Origin: an uncultured Ruminococcus sp.
Lineage (GTDB): Bacteria; Bacillota; Clostridia; Oscillospirales; Acutalibacteraceae
Assembly: GCA_902774325.1 (NCBI GenBank)
Contig: CACYIC010000001.1
Location: forward strand, 15,403-79,402
Direction: 5' to 3'
DNA: 64,000 nt
Each line of letters starts with the position of its first letter. Position 1 is the stretch's first letter. Made by a program: the position numbers and the translations under genes. The notes beneath the pieces were generated by a model, which saw only the letters and a program-made list of their open reading frames with translations, did no database searches and was not told where the DNA came from. Shown here in pieces: positions 1-9,590 of the stretch.

Positions 1-360
1 GCGAATATAAGGGTGAAGATATCCGAGGGAACCGAGAGCAACGAGTATGATTCGATGTTCTTCTACGACCATCTCGACGAGGACGACAAATATCCCGTTT
101 TCATCGACGGAAACCACGCCTTGACCGAGATCACGAACTCTAAGGCGAAGGGCGGCACGATCGTCCTGATAAAGGACAGCTTCAGCCACTGCCTCGCGCC
201 GTTTCTGGCGGAGAATTACAAAAAGGTCATCCTTGTTGACACCCGCTACTACAAGCAGAGCATTTCCGAGATAGTCAACAGGGAGCGCCCCGAGCAGGTC
301 GTGGTGCTCTACGGAATAGACAACCTCGCGACCGATACGGATATCGTCTGGCTGAAGTGA
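1..360 (+). CDS. DHHW-family (AlgX/SGNH-like) protein, C-terminal part; gene begins before the window
   Basis: Frame open from base 1; motif LIKDSFSHCLAPFLAENYKKVILVDTRYY resembles the C-terminus of DHHW-family proteins. Confidence 0.6.
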   Translation, partial: ANIRVKISEGTESNEYDSMFFYDHLDEDDKYPVFIDGNHALTEITNSKAKGGTIVLIKDSFSHCLAPFLAENYKKVILVDTRYYKQSISEIVNRERPEQVVVLYGIDNLATDTDIVWLK

Positions 361-397
361 TTTGATAATAGTATAAAAACAGAAAAGATACAAAAAT

Positions 398-430
398 ATC
401 CCCGAAAGTCATTACAGACCTTCGGGGATT
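398..430. terminator. Bidirectional intrinsic terminator between convergent genes
   Basis: ATCCCCGAAAGTC-attaca-GACCTTCGGGGAT stem with AT-rich flanks. Confidence 0.7.
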
Positions 431-502
431 ATATTCTTTATGGATATTACCGGCATCACCGGAATTACCGGACTGAGTGCGGATAAAGAAGCAGAGAAAG
501 CC

Positions 503-2035
503 TTACGAGGTCTTTATCATCAGAAAGCTCTGCGGCTGCATGAGGATCTTTCCGTCCCTGATCTCGGCGCTGCCGATTTTGTATATAGCGTCGCCGTCGT
601 AGCGGGTCTCCAGCTCAAAGGGTTCTGCGAGCGGGTTGAAGAACATCACGAGCGAGCCTCTGCGGTAGGCGAAGGGGACTCTGCCCTCCTCGAACATGAA
701 CTCGAGCTCGCCGTTGCCGTGAAGGTCGGGATATCTGTGGCGAAGGGCGATGATGTCGGTGACGACCCTGTAGATGCTGTCGGGATCGTCCTTTTGGTTC
801 TCGACCGTCGGCGCGTCCTCGCTTTGGTCAACGGGCAGATAGGGCTCGTCGCTTTCGGAGAAGCCGAGGTTTTTGCCCGCGCGCCACTGCATGGGAGTGC
901 GCGAGCCGGTGCGCGAGAAGCCGCCCTCCTTGCTGACGAGGTCAGCCTGATAGCGCATTCCGAGCTCGTCTCCGTAGTAGAGGAAGGGCACGCCGGGCAT
1001 GGTGAAGATGAAAGCGTTGACCAGCTTGATCGCCTGCTTGTCGAGATAGGCGGTGACTCGCGGCATATCGTGGTTGTTGGTCATGAAGCTGATGTAGCCG
1101 TTGTTCTTGGTGAGGTTGTAGTTGGGCAGGTATTCGTCGGCGAAGAGCTTGATATTGCCCATTCCGTTCTTGTTGAAAACCGCCAGATCGCCCCACTCGC
1201 CGTAGCGGAAAAGGCGCGAATAGCCGTTGCCGTAGTGGTCGAGATAGAAATCCATGTGGAAGCCCGCGTCGTTTATCGCGCGCCGGGGATTGCACCACTC
1301 GGCTACCATTGCCGCCTCGGGATATTCCGCGTCGAGCATATCGCGCACGCCGCGCCAGATCTTGGCGGTGGCGATTTTTTCGTCATCGTTCTTGACGAGA
1401 GAATCCGCCATATCGACCCTGAAGCCGTCGGCGCCCTTGTCGAGCCAGAAGCGCATGATATCCTTGATCGCCTCGGCGGTTTTGAGGCAGTCGGGATGGT
1501 CGGGGGGAAGCTGCCAGTCGGGATGGGTGATCTCGTTAAAGCCGTAGTTGAGCGCGGGCTGAGAGCTGAAATAGTTCACCATGTAGTTGCCGTTGCGCTC
1601 ACAGATACCGCACATCATGCGGTATTGCGGCGGTGCGTCCCAGACGGTTTTGGTAAATATGTAGCGGTTGCTGTACTCGTTTTCCGCGGCTTTTTTTGCC
1701 TCGAGGAACCACGGATGGGTGTCGCTGGTGTGACCGGGAACGAGGTCGAGGAGTATCCTGATGCCCTTGGAGTGAGCCGCCCTGAACAGCTCGACAAGAT
1801 CCTCGTTGGTGCCGTAGCGCGGCGCGACCCTCTTGTAGTCGCGGACGTCGTAGCCGGCGTCCATGAAGGGAGAATCATAAACGGGATTGAGCCAGATCGC
1901 GTTGCAGCCCAAGCCCTTGACATAGTCGAGCTTCCCGATGATTCCCGCGAGATCGCCGATACCGTCGCCGTTGGAATCGCAGAAGCTCTGCGGATAGATT
2001 TCATAAAATACTGCGTCATTGAGCCATGAAGGCAT
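503..2035 (-). CDS. GH13 alpha-glucosidase/alpha-amylase family glycoside hydrolase (oligo-1,6-glucosidase/trehalose-synthase-like)
   Basis: FYEIYPQSFCDSNGDGIGD, DAGYDVRDY, LDLVPGH, catalytic GFRVDMA, AEW, NNHD, YYGDELGM, RTPMQW. Confidence 0.9.
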   Translation of the reverse strand: MPSWLNDAVFYEIYPQSFCDSNGDGIGDLAGIIGKLDYVKGLGCNAIWLNPVYDSPFMDAGYDVRDYKRVAPRYGTNEDLVELFRAAHSKGIRILLDLVPGHTSDTHPWFLEAKKAAENEYSNRYIFTKTVWDAPPQYRMMCGICERNGNYMVNYFSSQPALNYGFNEITHPDWQLPPDHPDCLKTAEAIKDIMRFWLDKGADGFRVDMADSLVKNDDEKIATAKIWRGVRDMLDAEYPEAAMVAEWCNPRRAINDAGFHMDFYLDHYGNGYSRLFRYGEWGDLAVFNKNGMGNIKLFADEYLPNYNLTKNNGYISFMTNNHDMPRVTAYLDKQAIKLVNAFIFTMPGVPFLYYGDELGMRYQADLVSKEGGFSRTGSRTPMQWRAGKNLGFSESDEPYLPVDQSEDAPTVENQKDDPDSIYRVVTDIIALRHRYPDLHGNGELEFMFEEGRVPFAYRRGSLVMFFNPLAEPFELETRYDGDAIYKIGSAEIRDGKILMQPQSFLMIKTS

Positions 2036-2251
2036 AAAACCACCCTTTCATTAGATGTTGTCCCCCGATGATAACCGCAAGGCGCTTGTTCGGAGGGGTA
2101 AAATATTCCGACTTTATTCTATCATCTTTTTTCTTATTTGGCAATATAATTTCCAATAAAAATTACTTGCGGGGACAAGTTTTTGCGCATAAAATAGTAT
2201 CAGCGAAGAAGGGCGGCGCCGCGCGTTCCGGGCGCGGGGTGCTGCTCAGGG

Positions 2252-2818
2252 ATGGGAAGTGGTTGTTTGACGGTCAGCAAGCTCGACGAGAGCAGGGTGC
2301 TAATCGTGCTGGGCGAGGTGGATATGAGCAGGCTCAGCCTCGAGGCGGAGAGCTTTGATTTCAGGGATACGAGGCAGCGCGACGCGATACTCAGCCTGAC
2401 AAAAAACGCCTGCGCGGGCTCGGGGATAGAGACCGACGGCAGGCGGGTGAATATCGAGGCTCTGTCGCTCGGGCAGAGCTTTTATCTTCTTGTGACGGTC
2501 AGTCGCAGGCAGAGGGTCTACCGCCGCAAAAGGGACGGCGGGCTGTGCTGCAGCTTTGAGAACGCGGGCGATCTTCAGGAGGCTTCTCTCAGACTTTGCA
2601 GAGCGGGGCTCTGCTGCGAAAAAGCCTCGGTTTACCGACTCGGCAGCCGCTATTATCTGCTGCTCGATTATCCCGCTCTGCCGGCGGGCGCCGCGCGAGT
2701 GCTCTCGGAATACGGCACGCTCAGGCGCGGCGCTCTGCGGTGCGCCGCGCTGCGTGAAAGAGGTATCCCGGTCTGCGAGCGGGACGCGCTGCGCAGGATA
2801 GGGACGCCGCTGCTATAA
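2252..2818 (+). CDS. mecA: MecA-family adaptor protein (ClpC adaptor); possible TTG start at 2267
   Basis: N-terminal ...LIVLGEVDM..., central FENAGDL, C-terminal YYLLL...LSEYG pattern of clostridial MecA. Confidence 0.6.
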   Translation: MGSGCLTVSKLDESRVLIVLGEVDMSRLSLEAESFDFRDTRQRDAILSLTKNACAGSGIETDGRRVNIEALSLGQSFYLLVTVSRRQRVYRRKRDGGLCCSFENAGDLQEASLRLCRAGLCCEKASVYRLGSRYYLLLDYPALPAGAARVLSEYGTLRRGALRCAALRERGIPVCERDALRRIGTPLL

Positions 2819-3244
2819 AAACGCCCTCATCTCGCGGATATGCTCCTCCTCGGTGTCGAGCAGCTTTTTGGCGAGCAGAGTTATGTTGCTGTCGGAGCGG
2901 TCGTATTTCCTCATGCTGTGCGCCAGCTTGTTGACTCCCATTGTGTTGCCCTTTATCATCATCTCGGCAACATGAGAGGCGGAGCAGTCGCGCTTCAGGT
3001 CGCGCTTCGCGGTGAATTCCGAGAGCTTGCGCGAGACGGGGCTTATATGGTTGATCTCGGCGCCCCGGCTGTGGAGCATTCCCGCGGCAACGCGGTAGAT
3101 CTTGCCGTAGCGGGTGAGCTGTTCTCGCAGCAGCTTGTCTACGGAGCGCTCGGAGCTGATATTTTTTCGCACGTCCGCGACCCCCTGACAGCCCATCTCG
3201 GCGTTTTGCAGGATACAATTGAGCATTTCAACATCATTTAGCAT
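2813..3244 (-). CDS. Conserved hypothetical four-helix (ferritin-like) protein
   Basis: RBS GAGGTGA before ATG 3244; ILQNAEMG, AEMMIKGNTMG, EEEHIREMRAFL. Confidence 0.6.
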   Translation of the reverse strand: MLNDVEMLNCILQNAEMGCQGVADVRKNISSERSVDKLLREQLTRYGKIYRVAAGMLHSRGAEINHISPVSRKLSEFTAKRDLKRDCSASHVAEMMIKGNTMGVNKLAHSMRKYDRSDSNITLLAKKLLDTEEEHIREMRAFL

Positions 3245-3376
3245 TTCAGTCACCTCAATAAAGAGTATAGACGAAATTTTTTTATTTATACGGTTGCAAG
3301 CCGCGTATTTTTGTGAGATAATAAAGGCAGCGCCGCACACTTGAAATGCGGTATTGCTTTGACGCGGTGATGAATC

Positions 3377-4177
3377 ATGAAGGACTCGAAATTATACGAA
3401 ATATTTTTGCCCTATCCCGATATGCCGGACAGACGGGTGCGCGTTTTTGTGCCCGCGCATGAGGAGGGCGAGCTGCTGCCCGTGATCTATATGACCGACG
3501 GGCAGAATCTGTTTGATGAGGAGAGCGCCGCCTGGGGCTGCTGGCACACGATGGAGGCGGTCGAGAACGAGCGGGTCAACGGACTCGGCGCGGCGGTCAT
3601 AGTCGGTATCGACCACGGCGGAAAAAACCGCGACAACGAGCTGACGCCCGCGGGTATCGGCGAGGTGGTCAACGTTGCGGATATGGATAATTTCACCGCT
3701 CCCGAGGGCGAGGTGTTCGACCGCTTCGTGACCGGCGTGGTGATGCCTTATATCGAGGAGAATTTTCCCGTTAAGAAGGGCAGAAAATTTACCGCCTTCT
3801 GCGGAAGCTCCTCCGGCGGGCTGCAAAGCATATTCACGGGGCTTGAGCACCGCGACAGATTCTCGATGCTCGGCGTTTTCTCGCCCGCAATGCTGCTCTA
3901 CAGGGAGGAGGATATCCGCGGATGGCTGCTCAAAAACCTCTCGGGCGAGCTTCCGTATATTTACCTCTATACCGGAAACGGGGACGAGCTTGAGGGAAGG
4001 ATCTTCGTTTCCACCGAGCTCACTTATGACATCCTGACGGAGCTCGGCTATCCTTACGACCGGCTCAACGAGGTCGTAATGCTCGAATACCGCCACAACG
4101 AGCAGGCTTGGGAGGAAATATTCCGCGATTTTCTGCACACCTTTATCTACAGATGTTCGCAAAACAAAAACGCCTGA
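3377..4177 (+). CDS. Alpha/beta-hydrolase (putative esterase)
   Basis: VIYMTDGQNLFD, nucleophile elbow GSSSGG, C-terminal H(NEQAW). Confidence 0.85.
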   Translation: MKDSKLYEIFLPYPDMPDRRVRVFVPAHEEGELLPVIYMTDGQNLFDEESAAWGCWHTMEAVENERVNGLGAAVIVGIDHGGKNRDNELTPAGIGEVVNVADMDNFTAPEGEVFDRFVTGVVMPYIEENFPVKKGRKFTAFCGSSSGGLQSIFTGLEHRDRFSMLGVFSPAMLLYREEDIRGWLLKNLSGELPYIYLYTGNGDELEGRIFVSTELTYDILTELGYPYDRLNEVVMLEYRHNEQAWEEIFRDFLHTFIYRCSQNKNA

Positions 4178-4284
4178 TCCGTGGGATCGGACGTTTTACG
4201 AAATAATAAGGGCGCCCCGGTAAAGGGCGCCCCGAAAGCCTTGTTATGGCAAGGCTCGTGATTCGCGCGCGTTAAGGCTTTGGA

Positions 4285-4854
4285 TCAGGCGATGATCTCG
4301 CCCTCGACGTAGCCCGCGATACCTGCGGCGTTGGACTCGTCGGTGTCGATGTGCATGGCGGGAGCGTACTTTGTGCTTACGCGGCAAACGACGTCGCCGA
4401 AGGTGATATCTCTGCCGGTTCCGGCGTTGACCCTTACGGAAACGACCTGCTTGTCAACCAGACCGAACTCCTCGGCGGTTTTGGGATCGAGGTGAACGTG
4501 CCTTTTGGCGATGATGATGCCCTGAGCGATCTCGACCTCACCCTTGGGTCCCACGAGCTTGCAGCCCGGGGTGCCGGCGACGTCGCCGGACTCGCGGACG
4601 GGAGCGGTAACGCCGAGCTTTCTCGCGTCGGTCAGGCTGATTTCGATCTGATCGTCGGGACGCTCGGGTCCGAGGATGGACATGGTCATCTCGCCCTTGG
4701 GACCTACGACCGTGACCTTCTCAAAGCAGGCGAACTGTCCGGGCTGAGAGAGATCCTTCTTGTTGGTGAGCTGATAGCCCTCGCCGTAGAGCGCGTCAAG
4801 GGTAGCTCGGGTAACGTGAATGTGATGAGCTGAGGTTTCTACCATAACTTTCAT
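4285..4854 (-). CDS. pduL: PduL-type phosphate propanoyl/acetyltransferase
   Basis: ETSAHHIH, KDLSQPGQFA, ILGPERP, RESGD..GTPG, AKRHVH, MHIDTDESNAAG; sigma-A promoter TTGAAA-17-TAAAAT at 4919-4891. Confidence 0.9.
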   Translation of the reverse strand: MKVMVETSAHHIHVTRATLDALYGEGYQLTNKKDLSQPGQFACFEKVTVVGPKGEMTMSILGPERPDDQIEISLTDARKLGVTAPVRESGDVAGTPGCKLVGPKGEVEIAQGIIIAKRHVHLDPKTAEEFGLVDKQVVSVRVNAGTGRDITFGDVVCRVSTKYAPAMHIDTDESNAAGIAGYVEGEIIA

Positions 4855-4948
4855 AACTTTAACCACCAATCATAAAATTTGATTATTTTTATTTTACTAC
4901 GAAAACTTTGATATTTCAACACTATCTTTTAAAATAAGGGGAATTTTT

Positions 4949-5536
4949 ATGTACAAGAGCTGGGACGAACTGAAAACCGCCTGCGAGGGCTGCCGCAAAT
5001 GCGGGCTTTGCGAAACGCGTCACAACGTCGTTGTCGGAGTCGGGAACCCGAACGCCGAGGTGATGTTTATCGGCGAGGGTCCGGGCGAGAACGAGGATAT
5101 CCAGGGCGAGCCTTTTGTGGGCAGAGCCGGAAAACTGCTCGACAAAATGCTGCTGGCGGTCGACCTTGAGCGCGGCAAAAACATTTATATCGCGAACATC
5201 GTAAAATGCCGTCCGCCTCAGAACCGCGACCCCAAGCCGGAGGAGCAGGAGCAGTGCATTGATTGGCTCAGGGAGCAGGTGAGGCTGATAAGACCGAAGA
5301 TAATCGTCTGCCTCGGAAGGATCGCCGCCCAGAGGATAATAGACCCCGATCTGAAGATCACGAGGGATCACGGCAAGTGGTTCCAAAAGGGCGGTATCCT
5401 TATGATGCCGATGCTTCATCCCGCTGCCCTGCTGCGCGATCCCCGAAGAAAGCCCGAGGCATTTGAGGATTTTCTGGCGCTGCGCGAGAAAATATACGAG
5501 GTCTGCGAGCACACCTATCCGATCGGCATGATTTGA
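4949..5536 (+). CDS. Uracil-DNA glycosylase family 4 (Fe-S)
   Basis: CxxCxL, FIGEGPG, PFVGRAG, NIVKCRPP.NR, HPAALLR. Confidence 0.92.
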   Translation: MYKSWDELKTACEGCRKCGLCETRHNVVVGVGNPNAEVMFIGEGPGENEDIQGEPFVGRAGKLLDKMLLAVDLERGKNIYIANIVKCRPPQNRDPKPEEQEQCIDWLREQVRLIRPKIIVCLGRIAAQRIIDPDLKITRDHGKWFQKGGILMMPMLHPAALLRDPRRKPEAFEDFLALREKIYEVCEHTYPIGMI

Positions 5537-5555
5537 AAAACTCTCGATAAAACTA

Positions 5556-5584
5556 TTGATTGAGCGGGCAAGTTGTGATATAAT
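5556..5584 (+). promoter_or_regulatory. Sigma-A promoter of the aspS transcript
   Basis: TTGATT-17 bp-TATAAT. Confidence 0.7.
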
Positions 5585-5589
5585 AACTT

Positions 5590-5762
5590 GGTAACCGCCG
5601 ATTAATTAACGCCTGTAGCCCGGCGCTCATCTCGCTTGCGTCTTTTCCGACGTATTGCCCCAAAATCCTCAGTAATACGTCAGTATTACCCCGGACTGCT
5701 TGAACGCTCGGACGAAAAATCCGACTGCGCAATATGAGCGCCGTAATTAATCAGTGCTTACC
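5590..5762 (+). repeat. ~173-bp long imperfect palindrome with central GTCA-loop hairpin (clostridial repeat or structured RNA)
   Basis: GGTAACCGCCGATTAATTA pairs with TAATTAATCAGTGCTTACC; CGGCGCTCAT (5621-5630) pairs with ATGAGCGCCG (5734-5743); apex GTAATAC-GTCA-GTATTAC (5672-5689). Confidence 0.75.
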
Positions 5763-5794
5763 TTGGAGTAGGCAAAATATCTGTGAAAGGATAG

Positions 5795-7549
5795 TTGTAT
5801 AGAATGATAAAGGCAAACAAGTACCGCACCGTGAGCTGCGGTGAGTTAAGAGAAGAAAATATCGGTCAGCAGGTCAGGATCGCGGGCTGGGTCGAGAATA
5901 TCCGCGACCACGGCGGAGTCATGTTTCTCGATATCCGCGACCAGTACGGCGTGCTCCAGGTCGTTGTCCACGACGACGAGCTTCTCAAAAATATAAACAA
6001 GGAATGCACCGTCACGCTCAGCGGCGTTGTCGTGAAGCGCGACGAGGATACCATCAACAGGAAGATCGCGACGGGATACGTTGAGGTCCACACCGAGGAC
6101 ATCACCGTACTCGGAAAATGCAAAAACGTGCTCCCCTTTGAGGTCGCGACCTCTACCAATACCGGAGAGGACGTGCGCCTGAAATACCGCTTCCTCGATC
6201 TGCGCAACCCCAAGGTCCACAGGAATATAATGCTTCGCTCTCAGGTGATAGCTTTCCTGCGCGAGCAGATGAATTCAATGGGCTTCACCGAGATCAGCAC
6301 CCCGATCCTCTCGACCTCCTCTCCCGAGGGCGCTCGCGACTATCTTATCCCGAGCCGCAAGCATAAGGGCAAGTTCTACGCCCTGCCCCAGGCTCCCCAG
6401 ATCTTCAAGCAGCTGCTGATGGTCTCGGGCTTTGATAAATATTTCCAGATCGCTCCCTGCTTCCGCGACGAGGACGCCCGCGCCGACCGCTCACCGGGCG
6501 AATTCTATCAGCTCGACTTTGAGATGGCTTTCGCCACTCAGGAGGACGTTTTCGACGTCGCCGAACAGGTGCTCTATGAAACCTTCAAAAAATTCACCGA
6601 TAAAGAGGTCTCAAAGCCTCCCTTCAAGAGGATCCCCTTTGCCGAGTCGATGGTAAAGTACGGAACCGACAAGCCCGACCTGCGTAACCCGCTGCTCATC
6701 GTTGATATCAGCGATATGTTTGAGGAAACCGACTTCGCGCCCTTCCGCAAAAAGTGCGTGCGCTCGATCAACGTTCCCGGCGCCGCCGCCCAGAGCAAGA
6801 AGTGGTTCAAGCGCATGGAGGAGTTCGCGCTTTCGATAGGCATGAAGGGACTCGGATACGTCAAGGTCGAGGATGATCTCAGCTTTGACGGCCCCATCGA
6901 CAAATTCCTCAAGGAGGGAGATCGCGAGGAGCTTATAAAGAGAAATTCCTCAAAGGCGGGCGACGTTATCTACTTCATCGCCGACACCGCTCAGGAGGCT
7001 CCCAAGCTCGCGGGACAGATCCGCACCGAGGTCGCGGAGCGCCTCGGACTGATCGACAAGAGCCGCTTCGAGATGTGCTTCATCGTGGACTTCCCGATGT
7101 TCGAGCGCGACGACGACGGCAAGATCATCTTCACTCACAACCCCTTCTCGATGCCCCAGGGCGGTCTCGACGCTCTCAATAATCAGGATCCCGAAACGAT
7201 CCTCGCCTATCAGTACGATATCGTCTGCAACGGCGTTGAGCTTTCCTCCGGCGCTGTCCGCAACCACGATATCGAGATCATGAAAAAGGCGTTCGATATG
7301 GCGGGCTACAGTGAGGACGACCTCAAGGCGAAGTTCTCGGCTCTCTACAACGCCTTCCAGTACGGCGCGCCGCCTCACGCGGGCATGGCTCCCGGCGTGG
7401 ACAGGATGCTCATGCTCATCACCGATGAGGAGAATATCCGCGAGGTCATCGCCTTCCCGATGAACTCCAACGCCCAGGACGTGCTCCTCGGCTCTCCCGG
7501 AGAGGTCACGGAGCAGCAGCTCAGAGAGGTACACATCAAGCTGAGATAA
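5795..7549 (+). CDS. aspS: Aspartate-tRNA ligase, probably non-discriminating (Asp/Asn)
   Basis: RDHGGV in the anticodon-binding OB fold, PEGARDY, LPQAPQIFKQ, CFRDED, GAPPHAG; adjacent to gatCAB. Confidence 0.95.
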   Translation: MYRMIKANKYRTVSCGELREENIGQQVRIAGWVENIRDHGGVMFLDIRDQYGVLQVVVHDDELLKNINKECTVTLSGVVVKRDEDTINRKIATGYVEVHTEDITVLGKCKNVLPFEVATSTNTGEDVRLKYRFLDLRNPKVHRNIMLRSQVIAFLREQMNSMGFTEISTPILSTSSPEGARDYLIPSRKHKGKFYALPQAPQIFKQLLMVSGFDKYFQIAPCFRDEDARADRSPGEFYQLDFEMAFATQEDVFDVAEQVLYETFKKFTDKEVSKPPFKRIPFAESMVKYGTDKPDLRNPLLIVDISDMFEETDFAPFRKKCVRSINVPGAAAQSKKWFKRMEEFALSIGMKGLGYVKVEDDLSFDGPIDKFLKEGDREELIKRNSSKAGDVIYFIADTAQEAPKLAGQIRTEVAERLGLIDKSRFEMCFIVDFPMFERDDDGKIIFTHNPFSMPQGGLDALNNQDPETILAYQYDIVCNGVELSSGAVRNHDIEIMKKAFDMAGYSEDDLKAKFSALYNAFQYGAPPHAGMAPGVDRMLMLITDEENIREVIAFPMNSNAQDVLLGSPGEVTEQQLREVHIKLR

Positions 7550-7575
7550 TAAGGCTTTGGATCATTGATTTTTCG

Positions 7576-7610
7576 GAAACGCTTGTTTTATCACAGGCGT
7601 TTCTTTTTTT
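7576..7610 (+). terminator. Intrinsic terminator after aspS
   Basis: GAAACGCTTG...CAGGCGTTTC followed by T7. Confidence 0.7.
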
Positions 7611-7617
7611 ACTTATA

Positions 7618-7776
7618 ATACTATCTTCTAATAAAACACATTAACATCTGTCGCGTAAAATTCCGCATAGCTGCGTTGTCGTCCTCGGAATCCGTCAGGA
7701 TTCCTGCGTCCTCCGCCTTGCTCTGCGAAATTTTCCGCTGACATCTGTTTTAATGCGTTTTATCAGAAAACAGTAT
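7618..7776. repeat. 159-bp MITE-like long palindrome; most complete copy of a dispersed repeat family
   Basis: Ends ATACTATCTTCTAATAAAAC and GTTTTATCAGAAAACAGTAT are 17/20 complementary; apex GGAATCC-GTCA-GGATTCC; arms recur at 48882-48949, 50418-50437 and 57398-57446. Confidence 0.8.
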
Positions 7777-7784
7777 AAAAAGTA

Positions 7785-7813
7785 TTGAAACCTTTGTTGA
7801 AATCGTGTATAAT
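7785..7813 (+). promoter_or_regulatory. Sigma-A promoter of gatCAB
   Basis: TTGAAA-17 bp-TATAAT with TG extension. Confidence 0.75.
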
Positions 7814-7845
7814 AAATAAGATATACAATCGGAAAGGGTGACATC

Positions 7846-8124
7846 ATGGTAACAAGAGAAGATGTAGAAAATATCGCTTTGCTTTCCAAGCTGTTTGTTC
7901 CCGAGGAGGAGCTTGACAGCCTTACGCAGTCTATGCAGGAAATAATCAATTTTGCGGACGAGATAAACAAGGCGGACGCCGACGAAGAGGGCTTTGACAA
8001 CATCAACAACCTCTCGAACGTCTTTCATGAGGACGAGGTAGTTGAGTCATATCCCGTTGAGGAGATCCTCAAAAACGCCCCCGAACAGGCGGAGGATCAT
8101 TTCCTTGTGAGAAACAGAGAGTGA
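7846..8124 (+). CDS. gatC: Asp/Glu-tRNA amidotransferase subunit C
   Basis: VTREDVENIALLSKL...NVFHEDEV...ILKNAP; size and position. Confidence 0.92.
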   Translation: MVTREDVENIALLSKLFVPEEELDSLTQSMQEIINFADEINKADADEEGFDNINNLSNVFHEDEVVESYPVEEILKNAPEQAEDHFLVRNRE

Positions 8125-8132
8125 GGCGCGAA

Positions 8133-9590
8133 ATGGGAACGATTTCAAAAATCCATGAAATGCTCGTGAGCGGGGAGTGCTCCTGCGCCGAGCTTACCAA
8201 GAGCTATCTTGATGAAATAGAAAAAGCAAACCCCGAGCTTAACGCCTACGTCAACGTCACTCCCGACGAGGCTATGAGGGCGGCTCAGGCTGTCGATAAG
8301 AAGCTCGCCGCAGGCGAGGAGATCGGAATGCTCGAGGGCGTTCCGATGACCCTCAAGGACAACCTCTCGACCAAGGGCATAGAAACCACCTGCTGCTCAA
8401 AGATACTCACGGGCTACAAGCCGATCTTTGACGCGACGGTGTGGGAGATATTGAAATCCCGGAACGCCGTTATGCTCGGCAAAACAAATATGGACGAGTT
8501 CGCGATGGGCTCCTCCTGCGAGACCTCGTACTTCGGCGGCGCGATGAACCCCGTGAATACAAATCACGTCGCGGGCGGCTCGTCGGGCGGCGTTTCGAGC
8601 GCGGTCGGCGGCAATATCGCGGCTTACGGTCTGGGCTCGGACACCGGCGGCTCTATCCGCCAGCCCGCCTCCTTCTGCGGAGTCGTGGGCTTGAAGCCCA
8701 CCTACGGCTCGGTATCGCGCTACGGTCTGATCGCCTACGCCAGCTCGCTCGACCAGATCGGTCCGATCACAAAGAGCGTTGAGGATGCTTCTATCGTTTT
8801 CGACGCGATCTCCGCTCCCGACAGACGCGACTCCACCTGCAAGGGAAACGTCGGGGGAGCTACCTATCCGACGCTTGACAACGACATCAAGGGCATGAAG
8901 ATCGGAATCGCCCGCGAATATCTCGACGGCGTCCGCGACGACGTAAGGGAGGCTGTGCTCGAGGCGGCAAAGGTCTATGAAGCCCTCGGCGCCGAGATCG
9001 TTTACTTCGATCTGCCGATCCTGAAATTCGCGCTTCCCGTTTACTATATCATCGCCTGCGCGGAGGCTTCCTCGAACCTCGGGCGCTACGACGGAATCCG
9101 CTACGGCTACAAGACCGCGCATTACAACGGCACTCACGATATGATCTGCCGCACCAGGAGCGAGGGCTTCGGCGAGGAGGTCAAGCGCAGGATACTGCTC
9201 GGAACCTACGTCCTCTCGGCGGGCTACTACGACGCCTATTACAAGAAGGCGCAGAACCTGAGGGGAACCATCGTCAAGGCGTTCGACAGGGCTTTTGAGC
9301 AGTGCGACGTTATTCTGGCGCCCACCGTTCCCATGACGGCGTTTGAAAAGGGACACGCTGTCAGCGACCCGATCGAAACCTATCTCACCGATATCTGCAC
9401 CGTTCCCGTAAATATCGCGGGACTTCCGGGCGTTTCCGTGCCCTGCGGCTTCAACTCGAAGGGTATGCCCATCGGTATGCAGCTGATCGGCAAGAGCTTC
9501 GGCGAGGCTCAGATACTCAACGCCGCCTATAAATACCAGCAGGCGGCTCCCGATAAATTTATGGATACAAAGTGGGGTGTCAGGCTGTGA
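8133..9590 (+). CDS. gatA: Asp/Glu-tRNA amidotransferase subunit A
   Basis: Amidase signature KDN, GKTNMDEFAMGSS, GGSSGG, GSDTGGSIRQPA. Confidence 0.95.
   Translation: MGTISKIHEMLVSGECSCAELTKSYLDEIEKANPELNAYVNVTPDEAMRAAQAVDKKLAAGEEIGMLEGVPMTLKDNLSTKGIETTCCSKILTGYKPIFDATVWEILKSRNAVMLGKTNMDEFAMGSSCETSYFGGAMNPVNTNHVAGGSSGGVSSAVGGNIAAYGLGSDTGGSIRQPASFCGVVGLKPTYGSVSRYGLIAYASSLDQIGPITKSVEDASIVFDAISAPDRRDSTCKGNVGGATYPTLDNDIKGMKIGIAREYLDGVRDDVREAVLEAAKVYEALGAEIVYFDLPILKFALPVYYIIACAEASSNLGRYDGIRYGYKTAHYNGTHDMICRTRSEGFGEEVKRRILLGTYVLSAGYYDAYYKKAQNLRGTIVKAFDRAFEQCDVILAPTVPMTAFEKGHAVSDPIETYLTDICTVPVNIAGLPGVSVPCGFNSKGMPIGMQLIGKSFGEAQILNAAYKYQQAAPDKFMDTKWGVRL

Noticed and set aside
440-2029. Long antisense ORFs (440-2029 +, 22018-23115 +, 44195-45280 -, 48999-50150 -, 61653-63005 +, 53168-53764 + and others)
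   Set aside because: Shadows of real genes on the opposite strand, expected from GC-rich codon usage; no motifs or RBS
5585-5795. Asp/Asn T-box upstream of aspS
   Set aside because: No GGTGGNACC motif, AG box or terminator
5590-7776. 6S RNA identity for either long hairpin flanking aspS
   Set aside because: Size and aspS linkage are suggestive, but neither has the conserved Firmicute 6S segments I recall (CCCACC, GCGGGUUC, ACGGCA..CGGG) or a two-sided central bubble, and the downstream one has dispersed copies; Infernal would settle it
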